Below are positions 51,841-61,116 of a stretch of DNA of 64,000 nt, piece after piece (within the stretch, counting starts at the first letter, position 1; each line of letters opens with the position of its first letter). A program made the translations under genes and the position numbers. Where the stretch lies: contig CATQHB010000002.1 of assembly GCA_958295765.1 (NCBI GenBank), forward strand, positions 2,928,091-2,992,090. Reading direction: 5' to 3'. Under the pieces are notes generated by a model, which had not been told where the DNA came from, searched no databases, and saw only the letters and a list, made by a program, of their open reading frames with translations. The stretch comes from an uncultured Dehalococcoidia bacterium. Lineage in GTDB: Bacteria; Chloroflexota; Dehalococcoidia; Lucifugimonadales; UBA3495.

Positions 51841-51894
51841 AACTCCCGGCGTAGTTCCGCGCATAGGGACAAAACCCGCACCCGGTAACAAAAT

Positions 51895-52211
51895 CCGCTC
51901 ATGGTGAGCTTGTCGAACCAGTGCCGGCATACCATCCTTCGACAGGCTCAGGATGAGCGGGGGTTAGGGACAAAATCCGCGCCCGGTAACAAAATCCGCT
52001 CATGGTGAGCTTGTCGAACCAGCACCGGCATACCGTCCTTCGACAGGCTCAGGATGAGTGGGGAGAGGGACAAATCCGATCATGGTGAGCGGGGGCCAGG
52101 AACAAAACCCGCTCTAGGAACAAAATCCGCGCCCGGTAACAAAACCCGCTCATGGTGAGCTTGTCGAACCAGCGCCGGCATACCATCCTTCGACAGGCTC
52201 AGGATGAGCGG
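51895..52211. repeat. REP-A cluster (three full elements in ~120-bp tandem units)
   Basis: AAAATCCGCTCATGGTGAGCTTGTCGAACCAG..CCTTCGACAGGCTCAGGATGAG[CT]GG occurs three times. Confidence 0.9.
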
Positions 52212-52259
52212 GGTGAGGATACCCCCGGCTTGGCGCCGGTAAATTGCAGAGGTTAATTT

Positions 52260-52988
52260 ATGAAATCCGGTTTAACCCGTTACCTGCTTGGCCTGGCGCT
52301 GGTGGTTGTCGGCGTTCTGTGGCTGCTGGACAGCATCGGCGTGCCGGGCCTGGAGTGGATGGGCTGGAGCTTGGCGGGAACTTACTGGCCCCTGTTGCTT
52401 GTGGCTTGGGGCTTGTGGGGTTTGGTGGCCGGCGGTTTCCGGTTCCGCAGCTGGGCCGTCATCGTGCTGCTGCTGGGCGTCGCCTTCCAGCTATCCGAGT
52501 TGGGTATTTGGAATTGGAGTTTCGGCCAGCTTTGGCCGGCTCTCATTGTGATTGCCGGGCTGTTTCTCCTGCTGGGCCGGCGGGGACGGCGGGGTTTGCG
52601 CCGCCGCCCGGACGCCACCGCTGCCACCGTTACCACCGCCAGGGGCGATGATTCCCGGTGGAGCAGCGCGTATGTATTCAACGCCGGCGAGGAGCAGGTT
52701 ATCGACCAGGACTTTCCGGGCGGCGAGGCGGTAGCCGTGTTCGGCAGTCTGGCCCTGGACTTGCGGGGGGCGGCGCTGGCCGGCGGGGCGGCCCGGCTGG
52801 AAGTTACCGCTGTCTTTGGCGGGGTGGAGCTTAAAGTTCCCCCCGGCTGGCGGGTGAACCGGCACAACTTTACCGCCGTGCTGGGCAGCGTGGAGCAGAG
52901 CCGTCAGGAACCGGCCCCGGAGCAAGCCACCGGCGAATTAACCCTCACCGGCACCGTGCTGCTCGGCAGACTGGGGATTACCGACTAA
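52260..52988 (+). CDS. LiaF-like cell-envelope stress protein (DUF2154-type C-terminus)
   Basis: 242 aa with about 4 TM helices. C-terminal AVAVFGSLALDLRGAAL...LEVTAVFGGVELKVPPGW is the LiaF-type beta repeat. Confidence 0.65.
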   Translation: MKSGLTRYLLGLALVVVGVLWLLDSIGVPGLEWMGWSLAGTYWPLLLVAWGLWGLVAGGFRFRSWAVIVLLLGVAFQLSELGIWNWSFGQLWPALIVIAGLFLLLGRRGRRGLRRRPDATAATVTTARGDDSRWSSAYVFNAGEEQVIDQDFPGGEAVAVFGSLALDLRGAALAGGAARLEVTAVFGGVELKVPPGWRVNRHNFTAVLGSVEQSRQEPAPEQATGELTLTGTVLLGRLGITD

Positions 52989-53079
52989 CCGGGGGAGTTC
53001 ACCGGGAGACGCCGAGTTTCACCGCATCCCCTGGTGAAAATCCCCGAAAGCAAAAAGTTCACCGGGAGGTCAAGCCAAT

Positions 53080-53568
53080 ATGCCGCCACCGGAAAGGTAC
53101 AACACCGGCTATAACCTGGGCGTCGGGGGCGCCGTGGTGCGGGAGGGACGGCTGCTGCTGGTGCGGCGGGCCAGTCGGCGGGGCCGGGGCAACTGGCAGA
53201 TTCCCGGCGGCTTTGTAGAGCAGGATGAGACCATTGAGGCGGCGGTGGTGCGCGAAGTGGCCGAGGAGTCCGGCGTAGTGGCCGAGGTGGAGGGCGTGCT
53301 GGGCATCCGCAACCGCTACGACCCGGACAACGGCAACAGCGTGTACGTCATCCTGGCCCTCCGCCCGGTGAGCGGCGAACCGACTCCCGACGCCCGGGAG
53401 GTTGACCGGGCCGGCTACTTCTCCCTGGCTGAGATAGACCAACTGGAACAGGTGCCGGCCATCAACCGGGAAGTAGCCCGCCGCGCCCTGAACCCGGAGC
53501 GGTTTCTGTTAGACCCGCAAGAGGTAACGCAGCCCACCGGGATTACCTACACCCTGTTTATTGGGTAG
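53080..53568 (+). CDS. NUDIX hydrolase
   Basis: Nudix box GGFVEQDETIEAAVVREVAEESGV (GX5EX7REUXEEXGU). Confidence 0.85.
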   Translation: MPPPERYNTGYNLGVGGAVVREGRLLLVRRASRRGRGNWQIPGGFVEQDETIEAAVVREVAEESGVVAEVEGVLGIRNRYDPDNGNSVYVILALRPVSGEPTPDAREVDRAGYFSLAEIDQLEQVPAINREVARRALNPERFLLDPQEVTQPTGITYTLFIG

Positions 53569-53602
53569 GCGGCGTTCAATTACCAACCGGGAATTGCCAA
53601 CG

Positions 53603-53634
53603 GGCCGTTGCGTTCAAGCCGGCGCAACGGCCCG
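53603..53634 (+). terminator. 11-bp GC hairpin after the NUDIX gene (no U-tract)
   Basis: GGGCCGTTGCG-10 nt-CGCAACGGCCC. Confidence 0.35.
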
Positions 53635-53638
53635 AATT

Positions 53639-53710
53639 CGCTCCTGGTGAGCCGGTCGAACCACGTCCCTTTGTCCCGTAGGCATCCTTCGACAAGCTCA
53701 GGATGAGCGG
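53639..53710. repeat. REP-A element
   Basis: CGCTCCTGGTGAGCCGGTCGAACC...CCTTCGACAAGCTCAGGATGAGCGG. Confidence 0.85.
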
Positions 53711-53750
53711 ATTTCGGACTTTGCCCCCGCCTTGCACTTGCGGGCCGGCC

Positions 53751-53790
53751 AATTGCCAATTGATAATTCTTAATTCCTAATTCCTAATTC
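53751..53790. repeat. REP-F AT-rich element (abuts the stop of the Ddn-like gene)
   Basis: AATTGCCAATTGATAATTCTTAATTCCTAATTCCTAATTC. Confidence 0.8.
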
Positions 53791-53794
53791 CCGC

Positions 53795-54229
53795 CTACGC
53801 CGGCTCGGCCACGAACACCGGGATTTGCCGCGTCGTCCGGGCCTGGTACTCCTCATAAGGCGGGTAGGCCGCCACTGCCAACTCCCACAGCCGGGCGCGC
53901 TCCTCGGCGCTCTCAACCTCGCGAACCTGCATCCGGTACACCTCGGCCTGGTCCCGAATCTCCACGCTGCCGTCGGCCCGCAGGTTATAGACCCACACCG
54001 GGTTTTTCGGCGCGCCGCCCATAGAACCCACCAGCACGTAGTTATCCCCGTCCTTCACCCGCATCAGCGGCGTCTTGCGGACGGCGCCGCTCTTGTTCCC
54101 CTGATTGGTTACAATGATGACCGGCAGCCCGGTATCCCGCAGGGTAGTTCCCTCGGCGCCGTCGCTGCCTTCGTAAAGTTCCACCTGCTCCCGCACCCAA
54201 TCCCTGGTTGACGGTATGTATTCGGCCAT
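53795..54229 (-). CDS. deazaflavin (F420)-dependent nitroreductase/quinone reductase family protein (Ddn-like)
   Basis: 144 aa. LPVIIVTNQGNKSGAVRKTPLMRV.DGD.YVLVGSMGGAPKNPVWVYNLRA and YQARTTRQIPVFV match the family pattern as I recall it. Confidence 0.75.
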   Translation of the reverse strand: MAEYIPSTRDWVREQVELYEGSDGAEGTTLRDTGLPVIIVTNQGNKSGAVRKTPLMRVKDGDNYVLVGSMGGAPKNPVWVYNLRADGSVEIRDQAEVYRMQVREVESAEERARLWELAVAAYPPYEEYQARTTRQIPVFVAEPA

Positions 54230-54343
54230 AGTCCCCTCCTTTCCTTGATTTTGCCGGTTATATTACCATACCTTGCTTACCGTATCTGACATTCGGTAAT
54301 TTCCGGTAGGGCAATGGTGCCTTAACCGTGGCAATCCAAGCCA

Positions 54344-54441
54344 CCGTCGTTCCGGCGAAAGCCGGAATCCAGGAAATCCTCCCGGAAAAGAGCGTGCCGG
54401 CTATCTAACATTCTGGATTCCGGCTTTCGCCGGAACGACGG
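54344..54441. repeat. REP-D element
   Basis: Full-length copy. Confidence 0.9.
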
Positions 54442-54521
54442 TTTTATGTTGCGATTGTCTTGCAATTTCCGCCACTCGTTGTTATTCCCTACCCGTACCG
54501 GCTCCGGCGGATGTTTGGCCG

Positions 54522-54549
54522 GTAGGGGCGGTTCGCGAACCGCCCCTAC
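54522..54549. repeat. REP-C palindrome
   Basis: GTAGGGGCGGTTCGCGAACCGCCCCTAC. Confidence 0.9.
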
Positions 54550-54611
54550 TCAGGGCCAGGATAGTTCGGCTACGGCAACCCGTTTTCCGGCGTTTCCTTG
54601 CCGTTGCGGAC

Positions 54612-54637
54612 CGGGCGGGTTATAAACCCGCCCCTAC
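54612..54637. repeat. REP-B right arm only
   Basis: GGGCGGGTTATAAACCCGCCCCTAC. Confidence 0.75.
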
Positions 54638-54658
54638 GTTGATGATAATGCCGACAAA

Positions 54659-56116
54659 TCACCCGGCCCCGGTCGCCGGGCCTCGGCTGGGCCGCCCCCG
54701 CAGGGCCGACAGTACCATTGCCACCAGCAGCATCCCGGTCATGGTCAGGTAGGTGTAGCGCAGCCCTAAAGTGAAGGCTTGCCCGACGCCGCCATTGCCC
54801 TGCTGCACCGCCGCCAGGCTGGGTTCGTAGCCCATAGACCCCATGGTCGCGGTAACTATCGCCGTGGCAATCGCTACGCTGGTTACGTGGCCCGAATTGC
54901 GTACCAGGTTCAGGAAGGCCGATATTACCCCGAAACTTTCCCGCTCCACCGAGCTTAACACCGAACTGACGTTGGGCGAGTAGAACAGCCCCATGCCGCA
55001 GCTTTGCAGAATCAACGCCGGGATCACCAGATACAGGGTAGAGTCGGCGGTCAGCCGGGAAAAGATGAACAGGCTGATGGCCGACAGCAGCAGTCCGCCC
55101 ACCGTAAAGGGCCGCCAGCCGAACTTGTCGGACAACCGCCCGCTGACCGGCCCCAAGACCAGCATACACACCGCCCCCGGCACCAGTACCAGGCCGGCGG
55201 CGGCGGGGCTGTAGCCGAGAACCCGCTGCAAGTAAAAGGGCGTCAGGAAAAATATGGACGTTCCGCCCAGGAAGGTCAGGAACCCGGCGGAAACGCCAAA
55301 GGAGAAAACCATCCGCTTGAAGTGGCGCAACTCCAGCATGGGCGCCGGCGTCCGCAGTTCCCACCAGATAAAGCCGGCCAGCAACGCCGCCGCGCCGACC
55401 AATGCCCCCAGGATGAAGGGGGAAGTCCAGCCGTAGCGGTTGGCGCTGGTCAGGGCCAGCAGGAAGACCAGCAGCGCCCCGGTGGACAGGGCGGCGCCCA
55501 GCCAGTCGAACCCGGCCCGCCGCTGCCCCGCCTCCGGGCGCCGCTCGGTCAGCACGGCCAGGCTCAGGCCAATGGCAAGGGTCATCAGCGGGACGTTGAC
55601 GAAGAACACCGACCGCCAGCCGAAGAAATCCACCAGAAAGCCGCCCAATGCCGGGCCGACGATGGCCCCGCTGCCGACGACCGCCATCATAAAGCCGATG
55701 GCCTTGCCCCGTTCATTGGCGGGAAAGGCGGCGGCGATTATCGCCATTCCGGTGCCTTGGGTCATCGCCGCCCCGATACCCTGGGCTACCCGGGAGCCAA
55801 TCAGCCAGCCCAGGCTGGTGGACATCCCGGAGGACAGGGCGAACAGGGCAAAGACCAGGGAGCCGAGGATATAGACCCGTTTCAGGCCGATAATGTCCGA
55901 CAGCCGGCCCATAGGCAGCAGCAGGGCGCTGATGGTCAAAATGTAGCTGATGACCACCCACTGCACCGTCGGCAGGTCGCTGACGAAGTAGCTGGAAATG
56001 GGGGGCAGCGCCACGTTGACGCTCACCTGGTCGGCCACCGACGCAAAGGTGCCCACCGCCACGGCCCCGAAGGCCCACCACTTATAGTTGGTTCTTTGCG
56101 CTATCGTTGCAATCAT
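54659..56116 (-). CDS. MFS transporter, DHA2 (EmrB/QacA-like, 14-TMS) type
   Basis: 485 aa. The LPMGRLSDIIGLKR motif sits between TM2 and TM3, with about 14 hydrophobic segments. Confidence 0.8.
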   Translation of the reverse strand: MIATIAQRTNYKWWAFGAVAVGTFASVADQVSVNVALPPISSYFVSDLPTVQWVVISYILTISALLLPMGRLSDIIGLKRVYILGSLVFALFALSSGMSTSLGWLIGSRVAQGIGAAMTQGTGMAIIAAAFPANERGKAIGFMMAVVGSGAIVGPALGGFLVDFFGWRSVFFVNVPLMTLAIGLSLAVLTERRPEAGQRRAGFDWLGAALSTGALLVFLLALTSANRYGWTSPFILGALVGAAALLAGFIWWELRTPAPMLELRHFKRMVFSFGVSAGFLTFLGGTSIFFLTPFYLQRVLGYSPAAAGLVLVPGAVCMLVLGPVSGRLSDKFGWRPFTVGGLLLSAISLFIFSRLTADSTLYLVIPALILQSCGMGLFYSPNVSSVLSSVERESFGVISAFLNLVRNSGHVTSVAIATAIVTATMGSMGYEPSLAAVQQGNGGVGQAFTLGLRYTYLTMTGMLLVAMVLSALRGRPSRGPATGAG

Positions 56117-56120
56117 CTTT

Positions 56121-56187
56121 TTAATTAGGAATTAGGAATTAAGAATTACTAATTGATAGATGACCGGCAGTTCTTAATTCCTGATTC
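56121..56187. repeat. REP-F AT-rich element pair (starts 5 nt upstream of the MFS start codon)
   Basis: TTAATTAGGAATTAGGAATTAAGAATTACTAATTGA ... TTCTTAATTCCTGATTC, an internal inverted pair. Confidence 0.8.
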
Positions 56188-56293
56188 TGTAGGAGTTACG
56201 CCCTTGAATAGGAAACGCTATCCGCGACCGGCCATTCCGAATCCGCGACAAGTTATTCCGAATCTGCGACAAGTCATCCCGAATCCGATATAT

Positions 56294-56387
56294 GTCATTC
56301 CGAGCGCAGTGAGGAATCTAAAATCCCCGCCATCCCGAACCCTTCTTGTTGCCAGGATTTTAGACCCTTCACTCCGTTCAGGGTGAC
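56294..56387. repeat. REP-E variant element
   Basis: GTCATTCCGAGCGCAGTGAGGAATCTAAAATCC...GGATTTTAGACCCTTCACTCCGTTCAGGGTGAC. Confidence 0.85.
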
Positions 56388-56462
56388 ACCTAACCGGGCA
56401 AAGCTGTCTCTGTCAGGGCAAGGAAACGCTATCCGCGACAAGTCATTCCAAATCCGATATAT

Positions 56463-56556
56463 GTCATTCCGAGCGCAGCGAGGAATCTAAAATCCCCGCC
56501 ATCCCAAACCTTTCTTATTGCCAGGATTTTAGACCCTTCACTCCGTTCAGGGTGAC
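56463..56556. repeat. REP-E variant element (second copy of a ~170-bp tandem unit)
   Basis: Near-identical to 56294..56387, including the flanking AGGAAACGCTATCCGCGAC and CACCTAACCGGGCA. Confidence 0.85.
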
Positions 56557-56583
56557 ACCTAACCGGGCATTGTTCCAACTGCG

Positions 56584-56620
56584 TAATTCCTAATTCCTAA
56601 TTCTTAATTCTTAATTTAAT
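56584..56620. repeat. REP-F AT-rich element (overlaps the stop codon of MFS 56616..57935)
   Basis: TAATTCCTAATTCCTAATTCTTAATTCTTAATTTAAT. Confidence 0.8.
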
Positions 56621-57935
56621 TTAGCTCCCGCACGCTGCGGAAAGTCAGGGCTTGCAGGATGGCTATGCCCAGGCTTACGGCGGCGATTACGGTGAAGGCG
56701 CCGGAGGGGTTCCACAGGTGGATGAACAGGCCAATCAGCAGGGTCGCCAGGGGCGTCAACCCGTGATCCAGCATATAAATGCTCATCACCCGGCCGCGCA
56801 GCGAGTCCGGCACCACCGTCTGCAACAACGTGCTGTTCGCCACCCGGAAAACGTACTGGCTGAAACCCAATCCCATCAACATCGCAAAGGAAATCGCCAT
56901 CCACTGGGATTGGGCAAAGAGCAGGACAAAGATACATCCCCCCACCAGGCCGAGAAAGGTAGCCGTGCCTTTCTTGGTGATATAGCCGACCAGGGCGATG
57001 AATATGGCGGCGATCAGTCCGCCCACGCCCACCGCAGCGGCCAGCGCGCCGCCGGAGCCGGCCCCCCGATCCAGCACCTCGGTGGTGAAAACCGGCAGCA
57101 CGAAAATCAGCGGCTGAAATACCAGGTTGGGGATGAGGGCCATAACGATAAGCTGGAGAATACTCCTTTCGTTCTTTACGTAACGCAGCCCCGCCAGCAT
57201 ACTGGCAAAGACCGAGGTATGCTCCCGGGGGCCGCTGCTGCGGTAGGGCAGGCGCACCGGCAGCATCAGCAGCACGATAATCAGGTATAACGCCGCCTCC
57301 AGAAAGAAGTTCCACTTGAACCCCAATGTGGCAATCAGCAGGCCGCCCAGGGCCGGGGCGATGATGCGGGTGCTGGGGTACACCATCCCGTTCAACGCCA
57401 GGGCGCTGGCTAATGCCTGGCGCGGCACCGTGTTGGCGACCATTGCCTGGCGTACCGGCTGAATGATGGAGTGGGCCACGCCGGCGATAATCATATACAC
57501 GAAGGGGTGCCACCACCGCAGCGGCCCGGCGGGAACCTCGGCCTCCAGGTCGGTGGCAATGACCAGAAAGGCGAAAAGGGCGGCGGCCACGGCCATGGCG
57601 GCCTGAGTAATCATCACCAGCTTGCGCCGATCCACCCGGTCGGCCAGCACGCCGGCCCAGGGGCCGATGACCAGCACCGGCAGGGCGCGGATGCCCACCA
57701 CCGTTCCGGTAAGCAGGGCGTTGCCGTCGGTAAGTTCCAGCACCAGCCAGCCGATGGTCAGCAGTTGCAGCCACTGGCCGCTGATGGCAAAAAAGTTCCC
57801 CACCCAGATGTAGCGGAAGTCTTTGTAGAGCTTGGCGGTAGAAAAGGCGCTTAAACCGGGAACCCGGCCCCGGCGGGGGTTAGCGGCGGCGGTTTCCATT
57901 TCCTGCCGGGGCGTGTTACTTGCCATATACGACAA
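56616..57935 (-). CDS. MFS transporter (12-TMS)
   Basis: 439 aa. GPWAGVLADRVDRRK is an MFS motif-A-like loop, with about 12 hydrophobic segments. Confidence 0.75.
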   Translation of the reverse strand: MSYMASNTPRQEMETAAANPRRGRVPGLSAFSTAKLYKDFRYIWVGNFFAISGQWLQLLTIGWLVLELTDGNALLTGTVVGIRALPVLVIGPWAGVLADRVDRRKLVMITQAAMAVAAALFAFLVIATDLEAEVPAGPLRWWHPFVYMIIAGVAHSIIQPVRQAMVANTVPRQALASALALNGMVYPSTRIIAPALGGLLIATLGFKWNFFLEAALYLIIVLLMLPVRLPYRSSGPREHTSVFASMLAGLRYVKNERSILQLIVMALIPNLVFQPLIFVLPVFTTEVLDRGAGSGGALAAAVGVGGLIAAIFIALVGYITKKGTATFLGLVGGCIFVLLFAQSQWMAISFAMLMGLGFSQYVFRVANSTLLQTVVPDSLRGRVMSIYMLDHGLTPLATLLIGLFIHLWNPSGAFTVIAAVSLGIAILQALTFRSVRELN

Positions 57936-58099
57936 TGCCGGCCAAATTGCTTCACCTGTCCAATAGTTCCGGGGGCAACTTTACGATACTAGCACAAACC
58001 GCCCCATTTCACCACAAAGACCGGGGCCGGGGAGCAGGGTAATTGCGTCTCAACCGGGCCAACCAAGCCAACCCGGTCAACCGTCGGCAACCCAAGCCA

Positions 58100-58197
58100 C
58101 CGTCGTTCCGGCGAAAGCCGGAACCCAGAACCCTCGGTAGCCGGTACACGCTTTTCCGTGAGGATTTCCTGGATTCCGGCTTTCGCCGGAACGACGG
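58100..58197. repeat. REP-D element
   Basis: Full-length copy. Confidence 0.9.
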
Positions 58198-58272
58198 TGG
58201 TTTGGAATGACGGGTTTATGATGCAATCGCCTTGCCCACGTTGGGCAACCGCCGGTACTCTCAAAGGGTGCC

Positions 58273-58451
58273 GGTATATGGTGTTGGCATCACGATTGGT
58301 AGGGGCGGGTTTGTAACCCGTCCGACGTTCAACGGCAAGGAAATACGGGAAAACCGGTATGCCTTGTCCGACCTATCTCTGCCCTAGAGCCAGGGCGGGT
58401 TACAAACCCGCCCCTACGCCGATGATAATACAGACAAGCGTTGAGAATACC
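58273..58451. repeat. REP-B full-length MITE-like element
   Basis: Outer GGTATATGGTGTTGG ... CAAGCGTTGAGAATACC arms; inner pair at 58298..58417. Confidence 0.8.
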
Positions 58452-58501
58452 GAGACACCGGGATGGCCGGGGTCGGGGCAAGTCTGCGCCAAGAACAAAA
58501 T

Positions 58502-58561
58502 CCGCTCATGGTGAGCTTGTCGAACCATCATTACATCCTTCGACAAGCTCACCATGAGCGG
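58502..58561. repeat. REP-A element
   Basis: CCGCTCATGGTGAGCTTGTCGAACC..CCTTCGACAAGCTCACCATGAGCGG. Confidence 0.9.
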
Positions 58562-58591
58562 ATAGGTCAACTCAGGCGACTTTGACCTACT

Positions 58592-58984
58592 TTATCCCCG
58601 ATTCCGCACTACCCGGGTGCCGCCGATGCGGTCGTGCCAGCCGCGCCTTTCCGTGTCGGCCAGGGCGCCGAAGATGCCTACTATCCCGATTAACTCCCGC
58701 AGCAGTAGCGGGCCAAAGCCGGGCTTGCCGCCTTGTCCGTCCACTACCCGCAACCGCAGCAGCATTTTGCCCGGCGTCCGGCCCAGGGCGGCGATCAGGA
58801 TGACGTGGTACAGGTAGAGAAATACGGGAGTACCGAAGGTCTGAATGTTCTGGTTGGGAATAATCCCGGTGCTGCGCTCAAAAGCGAAAGTCGCCAGCAA
58901 GACCGCCGCGTACACGATAACCGCGTCAATCAGGAAAGCCGCCACCCGCAGCCAGAAACTTGCGCCGTTACTGGATTGAGCCAT
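58592..58984 (-). CDS. RDD family membrane protein
   Basis: 130 aa. FWLRVAAFLIDAVI...GKMLLRLRVV...GWHDRIGGTRVV is the typical RDD-domain layout. Confidence 0.7.
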   Translation of the reverse strand: MAQSSNGASFWLRVAAFLIDAVIVYAAVLLATFAFERSTGIIPNQNIQTFGTPVFLYLYHVILIAALGRTPGKMLLRLRVVDGQGGKPGFGPLLLRELIGIVGIFGALADTERRGWHDRIGGTRVVRNRG

Positions 58985-59092
58985 TGCTGCAACTCCTTGG
59001 CGAAATTGGGCCTACTGGCGGGGGCAGCCACCGGGCCGGTGGACGGCATTTTAGACGGGCGCCGTTACGCTGTCAAACCCGGCTTTAACCGG

Positions 59093-60052
59093 CTAAATAC
59101 CCAGCAAACTCTCCAGGTTTTTCCAGAGAATGGCCTCCTTTTCCGCCTGGGTCAGGCTGGACAGGCCCAGCACCCAGGACACCGGCCAGTCAATCCGCAT
59201 ATTGGCCGGCCAGTCGGTGCCCAGTACCACCCGGTCGGCGCCCACGGTGTCAATCAACATTCGCAGCGCCGGCTCGCTGTGGGTCAGGCAGTCGTAGTAG
59301 AAACGCCGCAGGTAGGCGCTGGGCGGTTGGCTGATGTTGGCCCGCGCCTCGGCGCGCACCTGCCAGCCCCGATCCATCCGGCCAATGCCGAAGCAGGTAT
59401 AGCCGCCGCCGTGGGCCAGGCAAACCTTCAAGTCCGGGCATTGATCCAGCACGCCGCCGTAGGCAAAGGACGCGAAGGTAATGGCCCGATCCGCCAGGTT
59501 GCCGATGGTATTGGGCAGGTGCCAGCTTTCGGTGCGCGCCTCAACCACCGTCGGGTCGCCCTGGTGAATGAAAATCAGCGCGCCCAACTGCTCGGCGGCC
59601 TGCCAGAAGGGTAGAAAGGCCGGGTCATCGTAGGTCTTTTCGTTGACCTTGTCATCAATCATCGCCCCCACCATCCCCAACTGGCTCACCGCCCGGTCCA
59701 GTTCGGCGATGGCCGCCGGGATGTCCTGCATCGGCAGGGTGGCAAACCCCTTGAACCGCTCCGGGTGGTCCATCGTCAGTTGGTGAACCTCGTCATTGCA
59801 GTCCCGGGCAATGGCAAGGGCGGTGTCCGGCGCCCGGTCGTACATATAAAAGGCGGAACTGGTGGAAACCACCTGCACGTCCACGCCCAGCGAGTCCATA
59901 TCGGCGATCCGCTGCTCCGGCGTCCACATCTCCATCGGGTCAATATCCGCCTCGTCGCTCTCCGCCGTCAGCCCGTGCCAGGACTGGCCGGCCCGGACTG
60001 CCCGCTGAAAACATTGGGGTTCCTGGTGCGCGTGAATGTCAATAGCCCGCAC
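59093..60052 (-). CDS. amidohydrolase-2 (ACMSD-like) family metal-dependent hydrolase/decarboxylase
   Basis: Start set at GTG 60052 (AGGAGG 8 nt upstream), giving VRAIDIHAH at the N-terminus as is usual for this family. ATG 60109 is an alternative. The ORF-track start at 60289 is not credible. Confidence 0.7.
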   Translation of the reverse strand: MRAIDIHAHQEPQCFQRAVRAGQSWHGLTAESDEADIDPMEMWTPEQRIADMDSLGVDVQVVSTSSAFYMYDRAPDTALAIARDCNDEVHQLTMDHPERFKGFATLPMQDIPAAIAELDRAVSQLGMVGAMIDDKVNEKTYDDPAFLPFWQAAEQLGALIFIHQGDPTVVEARTESWHLPNTIGNLADRAITFASFAYGGVLDQCPDLKVCLAHGGGYTCFGIGRMDRGWQVRAEARANISQPPSAYLRRFYYDCLTHSEPALRMLIDTVGADRVVLGTDWPANMRIDWPVSWVLGLSSLTQAEKEAILWKNLESLLGI

Positions 60053-60278
60053 GGTTGTTGCCTCCTGTGTCGGTGTAGGGTGGGGTTGAGTGGGATTGAA
60101 TTGAAACATACCCGGTTGGGCGGTGGTAGTCAACCAGGATACGGGTATAGGCAGTCGGAAAAGGCGTATAAATCGAGGTTTCCAGTTTGTAATCCAATGC
60201 CGTTTGACTTGCCGATTGCCGATTAGTATTATCAACGAAGCGATAGTTAACTCAAACATCATTCGTAGAGGATACGCT

Positions 60279-61103
60279 ATGCCTACCAAAGGAAAGCTGC
60301 CTACCGCCAGAGAGATGGAAGGCCAAATCCTGGCTGCCCTCCATCAGTTGAATGGAGACGCTCATTACAAAAACATCGACGAACAAGTCAGGGAAAACCT
60401 GGATTGGGTGTACGTCAGAGAGTTCAGGAAAGAAACGCAGGATTTTTGGGGAACGAGTTTCTCCAGCAAATGCGCCCAAGCCCGGCGCTCCTTGAGAAAG
60501 CAGGGGAGCTTGAGCCGGGGAGTCAAGATGGGGCATTGGCGGCTTAACGTAGTTCCCCCGCCTGAACCCTCCAAAATCAGGAAACCGGGGACTAGCCGGG
60601 TAGAGAACTTTGCGGCGGAATCATTAGAACGGTTGGAAAGCAAGGGAGTCTCCCCTGACGCCATCAACGCCATCAGGGAGTTGTGGCAGGAGTTTCAGAT
60701 GGCTACCCCTGCGCCAAGCCCGGACGCTGGAGCGAATAGGGAGGTAGAGGAGAAGGCGCTCAAGTTTATCCAGGAGAAGGAGAAAGGTTGGCGCCGTCCG
60801 GCTAATTCCAACAACAAAGGTTTTGACCTGTACCAGACCGAATCCGGCCGGAAGAACGGGAAGATAATCCGCTGGTGCGAGGTCAAAAGCCTCAGCGGTA
60901 AGTTTAACCGAGTCTCATTGACCAAGGCCGAGTTCGAGTGTGCGCAGGAACACGGAGAAAACTATTGGCTCTATATAGTCGAGAATGTTGCCTTGCTGGA
61001 CCAAGGCGGTGAGCCGAGCTTAATCAGGATTCAGAACCCGGCCGGCAAAGCAGAGCGGTTTTCTTACGGGAATTCAGATTGGCGTAAAGCGGCTCAGCGA
61101 TAA
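60279..61103 (+). CDS. DUF3883-type restriction-endonuclease-fold protein with N-terminal winged-helix (Mrr-like architecture)
   Basis: 274 aa from ATG 60279. C-terminal KGFDLYQTE...(17)...RWCEVKSL...LTKAEFECA...YWLYIVEN (D..EVK core). The N-terminus GQILAALHQLNGDAHYKNIDEQV is wHTH-like. A spot count gives about 45% GC. Confidence 0.6.
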   Translation: MPTKGKLPTAREMEGQILAALHQLNGDAHYKNIDEQVRENLDWVYVREFRKETQDFWGTSFSSKCAQARRSLRKQGSLSRGVKMGHWRLNVVPPPEPSKIRKPGTSRVENFAAESLERLESKGVSPDAINAIRELWQEFQMATPAPSPDAGANREVEEKALKFIQEKEKGWRRPANSNNKGFDLYQTESGRKNGKIIRWCEVKSLSGKFNRVSLTKAEFECAQEHGENYWLYIVENVALLDQGGEPSLIRIQNPAGKAERFSYGNSDWRKAAQR

Positions 61104-61116
61104 CGGCAGCCGGGCG

